Source of the DNA: Iphione sp. A-MEVVRFRX5
Lineage: Eukaryota
Assembly: GCA_976226885.1 (NCBI GenBank)
Contig: OZ320319.1
Coordinates: 34,410,001-34,474,000, forward strand
Direction of reading: 5' to 3'
Length of the DNA stretch: 64,000 nt
Positions 53,261 to 64,000 of this stretch are shown piece after piece. The notes under the pieces are model-generated. The model had not been told where the DNA came from and searched no databases. It was given only the letters and a program-made list of their open reading frames with translations. Numbering within the stretch: position 1 is the first letter of the stretch; every line of letters begins with the position of its first letter. A program made the translations under genes and the position numbers.

Positions 53261-55574
53261 CACAGTCACCGAGAGGGAAACGTCTAAATACGTCCTGCAT
53301 TCAGTGGTGTTGGGCATGTTACATGACAGACAAGTCTTAGTGGTGCTAAGAAAGAGCACTTCGGTGCCAGGCTTTGTAACATGAACCTTCGACCGAACAG
53401 TAAAAATGAACGTCTATGAAAAGCTTGAAAACTACAACCTTTGTAGTCACGCTATTCTCTGAAGCACCATCCAACAAAGTTAAATTCACCGTCAACTCCT
53501 GTTTTGTAACCCCGATGGACGTAAACTTCTTTTAGTCGAGCGACGTTTGTATCTTATAGGTAGTTTCAATGCATGTGCGCTTCTTTCAGATTTAGCTTTC
53601 ATGTCAACTGTTCAGGTAGTTTGTATGATTTGAGCATGATGCGTGTATCATTGTTCCTTGAACGTTTTGTCAAAGAACTGCTTTGCGTAGTTTTGATGTT
53701 TTAGGGAGTAATCTATTACCGACCTGTTTGAAAGCGAGGGTTTGTTATACCGTCATTTTCCCCGTTCATCCTCCGTATTTAAGAAAAAACCCCTTTGAAA
53801 ATTCCTGCGACACATTGCACATACGATACGTTGAACTGTATAAATGCAAACTCCTGTAGTTGTCGACGGTTTTGTTTGATATAGAAGTTTAGGGAGAATG
53901 TTGAATCAAATATAACCATTCAGAGTGCGCGGTGTTTATTCAACTACAATGCATTTACATAATACAGACGCATACAGGCACTGGAATGGACATAGACCTA
54001 AAGAAATTACATGTACAGGAAATATACAAATAATACAATCATATGAACAAAATAAACATTTAAATGTTGTTCAAATTGGCAATGTATTTTACGTTAAAAC
54101 ATCTCTGGCTGATGGATTTGCATTGAAAGATGCAGATATGATTTTTTTATCTCTATTGAAAAGCATTGGAAAGTACGGATGCGGCAAAAATAGAACGTGG
54201 GAAATCATGTGCAGAAGGGTCTTGTTGCTTCACATTATTTAACCATTTAAAACCCCGGAACCTGACAGTTCCCATAATATCTTTAGGTCTCCTTTCGGTA
54301 AATCAGACCCAAAACATGCATAAAACTGCGACTGAGCAATTGCGTATTGAAATTACATACGCAAATTACAAAGCTACATTTTATCCCGAATGATTTATGC
54401 CTTAGAAAACTACATCCCATTGCATTACAAAACTAATAGTATGATTAAAATTCGAACATATGTAATAAGTACAATGTACACGGTTACATGCACTTATATC
54501 CTTACAAACACTGAATAAATATCTACTACACTATCAAACTCAGGAAAAGGGGTGCAAGGATTTCAGTTATACATATTTGCTAGTGAAAGCATGAGGATCC
54601 AGTTTTAGGGTATTTAAGTGTACCGTACGCAGTCTATACACGAGCATTTGAAGAAGGTCGAACCTGTCCCACGTACACCATATCTGGCTCTTAGAAACCC
54701 TATCTGAGCATACTACTCACCCAGTCAGCATTAATGAAACTTTTGCAGTGTTGGTCTATTTGAGTTTGCTCCAGTTATAATAAATTTGATCCAGGTGATA
54801 AACTTATTGCAGGGGAAATCTATCTGTTCTTGAAGCAGCTGATGACTGTACACATTCTTTTTCTTAACCCTCTCCCCTTTCTTCCCCTTCCCCTCATTCA
54901 TCTCTGTTTTTGATCTTCTTTTGCCTTCCTCTCTACTGGTCTTCTCTCACTCACGCCCTCCTTTTCTACCCTTCCCTAGTGTTAGATTATAGACCCCCAG
55001 AAATATTTATGTCTAATTCAGTTTTCATTTTATATGATAATGTATGTACCTACAATTGATATGTATGAAATGATTCAAAACATATACAATAATTATAATA
55101 GTGACAACACAGTGTAAAGATAAATAAGAATATATTTTATATGCAGTTTCAAAGTACAGTTATAGATGAATGTGAATGTTGATATATATGAAAATGTATT
55201 TTGTGAAGGAGTTTCAGTATTTCCTGTAAAATGTCAATGGCAAAAGGAGTATTCAATACAAAAGAAGTAAAGCATAATTCCCTTTAAACAAAAGCCTTGA
55301 ATAAAAGACCTTTGCATGCAGGTCTATTCAGGCCTTGAGCTACATCTATTGAGAAAAGCTTTAACAGCCAGACTCTCTAACCAACTAGGTTCCCTTTCTC
55401 CACAGCCAGGCAAAAAATAAAGCCATTATTATTCTAAAAACCAACATGAAAAATATTTTAGGTGGTCACACCAAAATATTCACCTTACTACAACAAGAGT
55501 AAACCTGGTTCTAATATGAGAGAAACCCTACTTCAGGTTTTAGAACCCTTTAGGCTAGGGTAGCCCCAGGGGTT

Positions 55575-55975
55575 GACCCAGATACACAGTGAGAGAAAAA
55601 CAATACTCATTTCAACAAGAAAGCATTTTAAAAAGGTTTGACAAAATACGCACGTTAATAAAACCTTAATAAACATGACTCCAACATGAATGAAATCCCA
55701 GTTTTGGTTCTAAAACCTGTAGCCTAGGGTACACCTCCTAGGTCAGGTCCTAATGCCTATAGCCTAGGGGAAACCCAGATATACAACCTGACGAAAACAA
55801 TACTCATTTCAACAAGAAAAATGTTTTCGAAAGGTTTTGCAAGATATTCACCTTAATACAGCCATAGTAAGCATGGCTTTAACATGAATGAAACTCCAGA
55901 TTTGGTTCTAAAGCATATAGCCCAGGCTACACCTACCAGGTAGGTTCCAGTGCCTATAGCCCAGGGAACACCCTT
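55575..55975 (+). repeat. Degenerate two-unit tandem duplication, period about 197 bp
   Basis: AAAACAATACTCATTTCAACAAGA recurs 197 nt apart (CAATACTC at 55601 and 55798); AACATGAATGAAA and TTGGTTCTAAA also recur at about the same spacing. Confidence 0.75.
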
Positions 55976-56216
55976 ATATACAGCACAATGATATACTCAG
56001 TCTCACATCCAGAATAAGTCACAAAAACACAGTGAACAAAAATATTTACAGCACTTACCTGCAGTCCCTCAACAACATTTTTAGTCAAATATTATACACA
56101 TTTTATAAAATAAAATAAGAATTCACAGTAGTTCAGAGCATTGCCACGTCGAAAACCTAAAATAAAATAAGAAGTTCAAGGTAGCGTAGAGCACTGACCT
56201 TCAGTCCTCCCTCTCC

Positions 56217-56803
56217 TGTCAGCTCCCAGGCACAAGTGAGGGGCCTTAACCATTGTAGCTATGGAGCCAAACAAACCCAGCTGGGCATATAAGTAGCCCC
56301 CTTTCTCCAAACAAACCAGTCAGGCAGAGGGAGTCAGACAAGCAACACCACCAGGACCAGTCTCCAGACCAGGAACCTTGCCAGGGTAGGACCACTGACA
56401 CTCAGGACAAGCACTTTGAAGGTAGAAACTACACTTTAGTTTTCATGTTACTGAAAACTCTGTTTGCCACCATTATTGATTGTTGCCATATTTGATTGAA
56501 ACTGCTGGACAAACTTGTTGAACTGCTATTACCACTACTATTTTAATATTGGTTGAAACTACTGGACATTTTGGTGAAGTGCTGGTTTATGACTGACTAT
56601 ATTTCCCCTGCCAGGCTACATATTGCCTAAACTACTAGTGTATTACATTGACTTTAGTGACTCTGCCACATGGTTTATAGATTACTGCTGTCAGAAGGGA
56701 GGTAGTCACCCCTTGTGTGCTATTCTCCAATAAATATATTACAGTTTAAATGCACCAATCTACTGGCTTTTATATACACCTACAAGAACTGAACATTGCA
56801 ACA
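56217..56803 (+). mobile_element. Possible old solo-LTR-like sequence
   Basis: TGTCAG...TGCAACA with CATATAAG near 56287, CAGT initiator-like sites and AATAAA near 56729; no TSD, PBS or PPT could be confirmed. Confidence 0.25.
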
Positions 56804-59800
56804 TTCTATGAGATATCTAAGCTTATTCAGTTGAAAGAAGAAGAATTCAACAGCAATAAGAGCATATTTATTCCTCACCTAGCCAATGCATAATATCTCT
56901 AAAGTACTTATAAGAATATCAAGACTCAGTCCCTAATACACTCTATATCAAGAAAGACTTTATAAGAAGAGCCAGAAAGAAGAGGACATCATTTTGACAC
57001 CTGAAACAGGAAGATCCCATGAGATCATTTGACAGGTAAAAGAACACTCTCACCCTTTGCTTCCCTACAAGTCCTTGAGCCTGTCCCTACCTTCATATCT
57101 ACACTGTCCCCTTAGAAGAGGACCAAAGAAGAGGAGGTTGTCATATCATCATTTGTCATCATTCCGAAGAAGTGTTGTGTAGATCTCAAACTTACATTCA
57201 TCTGCCGGTGCCATCATATCATCCAGTCCTTTCCATCTCCCTCCCCTTCTATTTCCTTCCTGTATATGTCTTTTTTCCTCCTGACCATTTCATCTTTTTC
57301 GTGACTTTCTCTTTTCCTTCCTTTCTATGTCTGTTCCTCATCCTGTCCGGCAATCCCAGTAACCAGAAAGAAGCACGGTGGGCACGGCATAGTCGAGGTC
57401 CAGACCTCAACTGACAACGTGTAGGCCATGGCTGCCCTCAAAGCAGTCTGAGCAGTATTGACGACCAGCAAGTGGCCATCAGCCTTGTACCAACATTGGG
57501 GTTACATTAGGGAATGCGAACAGAGTCCAGATGACAAGTTTTAGAATCGTGTTAAATTAATTTCTCCTGGTATTAGGTTAGCCTCTTAGAGGCCCTCCCC
57601 TATGGCCCACTCAGGAAATATCGAATCCCGCAAGGCTTGCCAGCATCATCACTACAACCCACCATTAAGCAACGAAATACTCATCCCTGATTCAGACTGA
57701 ACAGAGAACCCATTGAACGCAGGTAAGCGGGAGGAGGCAAGGTCTAACAGGAGGAACTTGGTGTTTGAAACGCGCGAAAACGAGAATGTTTTTGGGCCTG
57801 TTGTACAGTGTTGTATTTATAACAACCAACCCTACGACCCTGGGTTGTAATAAGTATCAAGGAACTGTTACCCTCCCGAGGGTCTGATGGCTGGACAGCT
57901 CTAACAGTGGTTGTCACACTTTCAAACACCCATGAAAAAGACGTTGGGCTTAGTGATTACCTAGGGCTGTTGTTGAGGTTTGGTAAACTGCATAGCATAT
58001 ATTTTCATTACATTATTTCTTGACATAAAAATAATTCAATTTAGACTAAGATAATGGGGTGGAAAGTATATAGTGTAATGATAAGCATGTACTCAAAAAC
58101 CTGCACATTTCATGCAATGGTTCAAGAGTTTATAGATCCAAAAGATCACGACGAATGGTCAGATCGTCAGACAACATCCCCCCCCCCCGAGATAAGGGAC
58201 TAAAGTTCAACTTTTAGACGTCTGGTATTTTGTTTTACCATTCATCGAATGTTTTCAGATTTTTTATCTATTGGCCATTACAAGCCGTGATGTTTCCCAG
58301 GTTTCAGTATTAAGGTTTAATTTTTTTTTAAAGTATACTATTACCACGGCCAACCATGTTAAAACTACTCTCCTAGTACCACACAGGACAGGCCAGGCAT
58401 GAGAGAACGGCAGTATTGCAAGGGTATCCCATGCTATGGTCGTAGACAGTGCATATTTGATCATTTTAGAGCTGAAGAAGAGTTATGCTAGCGGGTAGCA
58501 GACTTAATAGTATACAGCAGCTGCCACAGTGTGTGATGCAGATGATGGTTTGGCAACCATAGTAATGCTTGAGAAGAATATCAGAGAACATACCACCAAC
58601 TTTGGAGCAGCCTCAGCTAATCCCCAGATGGTCGTGGAGATCCAGTCCCCCCTGGCTAAGGTCACCTACTTTGCGAAGCCAGGAAGGCTTCCTTACGCTG
58701 TTCTTCATGTCCGATCTCCGGAACGTGGACACCATCAAGGACCACTTCGGGTCCACATAGATATATTCTTCTGCGTTGGCGGTACTGTTTCATAGCATCT
58801 CGCACAGCACCCACCCACCTAACTTCATCCCTTTCAGATGTGGCACGGTACTCTCTTCCATGGCTCTCTGTTTTTCCTATCATACCATATTATACAACTT
58901 GAAGTAATCAACTGCGAGTTAACTCAGAGGACGTTTATTCCTAGGCTTTCCCTCTGGCTTGATTGACCACTGTGACAAGAAGGGTTCTGTACCCCTCAAT
59001 TGCGGTGGTGTTTGATGAGACTCTGTCCCCTGCCTTGTGGCTGGATTTTATTGGTAGAAATGTGACTGAGGGAAAGGACAGATGTGAGCATTAACATGAC
59101 ATGGGGCTTGTGGATGCTCCCTGCAGGGCCCGCCTCCTCAAGCACATCACAACAAGGCGATCTATCTTGTCTAGTCGCGTTCACCTCAACCCGTTTCCTC
59201 TTTTAGCCCGTAATAACTACGCTTATTCCTATTAGACCTAACGATAGATTATTTATTATAATGCAAAAGACAGTGTAAGAGACAGAAAATATATCCCAAC
59301 ACCCACAAGAACAGGAGGCAAGTCGACTTTGTATATGCAAATGGGCTCGAGCCATTGGTCCCTTGTCATATTAGGTTTGTCTAGTCATCAAGTGGAGCAC
59401 AGAGGCAACAACAAACCACACAAAAGCCAGTGTCGTAGGGCACCTGATGGGTATTGGATGGACAGAGACATTCTGGCACCAGCCTCGGACGCTAAGGTCA
59501 CACGTAATGTGCTTAGGGCAAACTGGCTAGTTTCACTTGAAACAAAGTTCTCAAAATTGTCTCTTGATTTTGTGTGCAGTTTGACTGGCCGATGTCAAGG
59601 GCGATAGATTTTACAGCGCTTAGACCCATAAGAATACCGGAGAGGCCTGGTGTATAGGGATTAGTGAAGTTAGGTGAGCACCTAGCATATGCCACAACAC
59701 GTCTATTTATCTGCACTAACTGAGGGATCCTGTCCCTATTGCTCTCAGCCAATAGACCTGGGCAGGAGTGTTTGTGGAGTTCGGGAGGAACCCATAAATG

Positions 59801-60700
59801 ATGATTCTCAATAGGCTTAGGAGGGCTCAGAAGACCTAAATACGTACTGCCTAAGGTCCTGTAGAGAGAAGATTGGAGATTGGCAGCTGGAGATTGGCAG
59901 CTATCTGATCCTACCTCCAGAAAGTCTAAATGTCTTTGGTACGAACAAATTCAACAAAGAAAAGACTATCATGCACACTTCTGCACAATCATAGACCATG
60001 GACTACACGTAATTTTCTTCTTGCACCATGCTCACGTAGGGTATTTGCAGTGAACCTGTTGTCTCCACTCCCTACTAGCAGTGTACATAATGAGGCTGCA
60101 CATAGGTAGAATGTATGTGCATCATCTAACTGTTGAGAATCACACACGGTCGGTCCACTGTAACCGGATGCTCCATAACCAAATGATATAACTGAATGCT
60201 CAGAGGCAAAACCAAATGATATTCAAATGGAGCATTTAATATTCTGTTTTCGAATTTTTAAAAATAAATGCTTGGTGTTGTGGTAGACAAAGCTGATTTA
60301 TAACTCCATTTACGAATGGCTGAGTGTATGCAAGCATGACAATTAGTCTTACTGGGTCAGGCATCCAGACCTCAGAAGCACTGTGAAAAAATCACAGCGG
60401 TAAGACTGAGTGTGTACTGAATGAAAATTACTGAATCAACAGAGGGCCATGCCAGGCAGGCATCAGGGCTTCACAAGAACTGCAAACACAATGGATTAGG
60501 TGAGAATATTTTCAAAAGATTTCATCATCTCCTCTCTGTAGTTGAGTTTTACTTCTGACGCCTTCTGCTAAAATAATATATCAAAGAGATAGGTGCGATT
60601 GTATCATCTCCAACGATCATTAGGATGTAGCCTTAAAAAATGAGGTGTATTCCACACTGATTTCACATGTTCCAAAGCTTGCATACTAAATGTGCTCAAG

Positions 60701-61790
60701 ATGTCTCAACAATCCACCAAGTGCCGACGTCCAGGGATAACCAACACACAGGAGAAAGAGATATGTGCTTATAAGAAGGACCAGCTATGTATGTTTTACA
60801 CACAACTTATGTCACTTCACTGAATCCTGGGGTATTTCTATTGGCAAGATAAAGGTATCCAATATTCCGAATAGGTCAGAGCACTGGCTGCAGTTACCGC
60901 ACAAAGAGAAGCGCAGACAGAGTATGTCCTGTTGTCATTTGGGAAAGCAGCTAGGCCTAGATGTTTTGGCAACCAGTTCAACCCTTCTATCTTGTCCACT
61001 ATAAACATAGTGCGCATGCTTAGGTGACATCGACTATCTGGGGTGACATCTTAGAGACCTGAAACTCCAGGACCAAGAACCGGAAAAGGAAATATTTGAT
61101 CCTATGTGTTAATGCCACTGGCCACATCTGTCAGATGTACTCAAACCTGAAGATCCACAACCTACCACCCGATACAGCCACCTGCAGTCTTTAAATGCAG
61201 GAATAATACCCAACTTCAAGTGCCACTACAAGAAACTGCTAGTCAAGCACTTCATCCAGTGCATTCAGGATGAGAAGGCTGCTACTGTGGATGTAAGGAC
61301 CACCATCTGCATGATAGTGATCCCTGGGCTACAGTTACCCCTACCACCATCAAGAACTGTTGGAGTCACACAAACATCCTACCTGATCTGACAAGTGAGG
61401 AAGATCCAGAGGAGGGTCTACCACTCGGGGAGTTGCGGTAGGAGATGCCAGGAGAGGAGGTGACAACATAGGACTATGCCAGTGTGTACAAACTGGGTGA
61501 AACCACACTGGAGATATCCACAGACTCAATCATGAAGCTATTGGGATGGTCTCAGATACCTAACACTGGGTATCTTGGATCTTATGAGCCTGAGCCTCGA
61601 CCAGAGCTAGAGCCTGACCCTCTAGAACAGTACAGGAACTGGAGTTGGCTATTAGGTTCTGGGAGGACAAAGGTGACAGAAAAGCAGTGGATACCCCGAG
61701 GGGCCTGCTGCATAAAGGCCAGGCTGAAGTATCCAAGACTCAAGTCCAGAAATCATTTTCCGGTCCACTTGAAATATCTCAGCTTAACTT
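60701..61790 (+). pseudogene. Degraded, internally deleted pogo/Tigger (CENP-B/TIGD-like, DDE_1) transposase
   Basis: Frameshifted pieces: MSQQSTKCRRPGITNTQEKEICAYKK and WGISIGKIKVSNIPNRSEHWL (N-terminal HTH); FGKAARPRCFG (60938-60970); RKRKYLILCVNATGH..SNLKIHNLPPDT (61081); HLQSLNAGIIPNFKCHYKKLLVKHF; PWATVTPTTIKNCWSHTNIL. Multiple stops and frameshifts. Confidence 0.82.
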
Positions 61791-64000
61791 AATTGATTAC
61801 GATGTGATATGCATGTATAATATCTATTTGTGATATTTATTTATGATGCTGTATGTATTTCTGTATTTGAGCAAGGATTTTGGTAAAACAACTTTTTATT
61901 TGCATTTTTTATTCATTTCTACTTTTATGATTTGGCCTTCTGAAATGACCTCTGTAACAGTTAGAACAGATTTGACTCCCTTTTGTTCATGCCAAAAATC
62001 ATTATTAATCTTATAATACTTTACCTATATTTTACTATTATGCAACATATCCACACAGGAGATGCTAGTGTGCCTAGCTCAGTTATTTTCTATACCCGAA
62101 TGGACTCCATATAATGATATTAGCTGAAACCATCCCTGCCCTTCATAAAGCGCGGGCTGACTGTATACACAAGCTAAGGATGCAGCACAACTGGAAATGC
62201 AGTCATCAGAGCACAGAACACACTAGCAATTCTTAGGCTCCTCGTTTTTATGCAGCAATATCAAAACAGCAAGAGGTTATTATGAAACCTTCCACACTCT
62301 CACTGACCCCAGTCCTCATGCATTTATGCTCATTTTTGATTTATGTGATAAACCCTTTGCTTTCACTCCTGACTCGAATTAGAGAGACTAAGCTAGATGT
62401 GTTTTCGCCTCTGCCTTGTAATGGATAAATTGGAGGGATGAGTAGAGTGAGGTGAGTATCATCTTCACGTCAACATCCACTGCTTTAGTTGCCTATGATA
62501 ATGCACTTGGTCACTTTTGTGGACACAACCTCTCCCAAGCTGTGATGCTTAAAGACATGTGACATGGAATATATAGTTGCCACACGGAGCACAAACTCCG
62601 GAGATATTAAGCCCAAGTACATGTAATAAAATGCGGCTTGACCATCATTGGAAAGTTCAACTGCTGCCTAACCTGAAGGAAAATACACCACAATGGTGGC
62701 TATAGACAATTGGCTGACGTTTGCCCGAATCAACACAGTGTCTTAGCTGCGAGAAAAAAATGCAACCAAAATTACTATATCATGGGTTTCTGGATTGTAA
62801 CTTCCTTTGGTACGTAAAGCCCACAGAGAGTATAAATGTTTCCAGCGGTAAGTTAATTTCATGCATAGATGCGTATGCATGTTGCATTTGTATCCAAGTC
62901 CGTCTCTCCATTCACACTGATCGCCTTATTAGTTACATACGCCTACATAAATCTAGTGATAATATGAGAGAAAAGAAGTCTTTTGTAAAACGATATGACA
63001 CTTATAAAACTATCGATGAAGGACAAAAGTAAAGTTGTAATAAAGCTGCACTTTCTTCTAAATACAAAATTTGGCAGCAATACGTCATTATCCCGAGTAA
63101 AACCCGTTTTTATGTTTACAGAGACAGGAAGCATATTCCCAAAGAGAAGATAGCATTGGTTAATAACGTATAGCAAAAGGTGACCTTCACTCTATTCTCC
63201 TGTTAAGACACTATTTGGTAGGCTTATTACTCTACTCTGTCCACCTGCAATTATAACTAACTTCCATTCCGTTTTTCGGTCTGATGCTATCTGTTGGTGT
63301 GTCTGTTTTATGTGTCTTTGTCTCCAGCACCGTTCCTATCTCTGCGTGTTGTGTTGTGTGTCTCTCCGTATGTCTCCTCATCATGTCCCCTGGCAACAGT
63401 GGATGCATATTTCCATAAGGTTTCAACATGGTCCGTTTGAAACGGATGCTTGCCCCAAAAAGTAATAAGCATTTCTAAGACGAATTGAAATGAATAACAT
63501 GGTGTTTTCCGGCGTGAGAAATATGGAAAACAGGAAGATTTGTTTCCATAACTCGAATTTCGTACGGAGCTAGCCGGTATGAGCACGGTAAGATTCCGAA
63601 AAAAAAACACAGGAGAATATATTACAGAAAACATGAGGCACTTGTGGATAATATTACAACTGATATTGAAGAGTGCTGCATATGAAGTGTCTATATGTCA
63701 TATTTTTGAAATGAATATAGCAAAGAAATTACCCTTCGTGATACTTGGGAGCTATTTTTTACGGACAATTTCAACTGGGCAATTAAAACAGAACGTTTTA
63801 TAGCAATTTCAATTTTCCTTAATGACTTGTAGCTCCACCGTTCGACAAAACGTTTATTTTTATCATCGTTCTCATTTAGTGTCTGCAAAATTATATCCTG
63901 AATAAAATAGGTGATGGCTGATTCAGATTTCATCCATAATGCCTTTTTGATTCAATATTAAATAATTTTGTATACAGAGGGTGGCAATATGATACCAGTC

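Noticed and set aside
58996-59607. Faint DIRS recombinase- or RT-like peptides (LEEAGPAGSIHKPH; YWMDRDILAPAS)
   Set aside because: Catalytic motifs are not preserved and the similarity is within chance.

Overview
Eukaryotic (animal, probably marine-invertebrate) genomic DNA; no prokaryotic features are seen. (1) 2804-35941 (+): a complete 10-coding-exon NAB (NGFI-A/EGR-binding corepressor) gene that I could splice by hand with GT-AG junctions and consistent phases into a 616-aa protein (NCD1, NCD2, a coiled-coil-like segment and the C-terminal [10 protein letters not shown] motif). (2) 38282-48294 (+): an intact, very young 10,013-bp Ty3/Gypsy LTR retrotransposon with apparently identical 259-bp LTRs, ATAG TSD, tRNA-Leu PBS, PPT, gag, a -1 frameshift signal and pol. 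Its pol frame does not stop after integrase but continues for about 1,440 codons with two C2H2 zinc fingers, basic NLS-like runs, a long Pro-rich linker and an unknown C-terminal domain. The element also carries 13 perfect copies of the palindrome CCGC(A/T)GCGG in two tight clusters, whose half-site fits the recognition-code prediction for its own fingers, plus splice signals that could make an env-like subgenomic mRNA for this cargo. This possible self-encoded DNA-binding regulator with cognate sites is the most interesting system in the window. (3) 48300-64000: a promoter-like CpG-rich patch near 53 kb, then a CpG-poor, repeat-littered region containing an internally deleted pogo/Tigger transposase relic. 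All coordinates and alignments were read by eye; no database searches were run.
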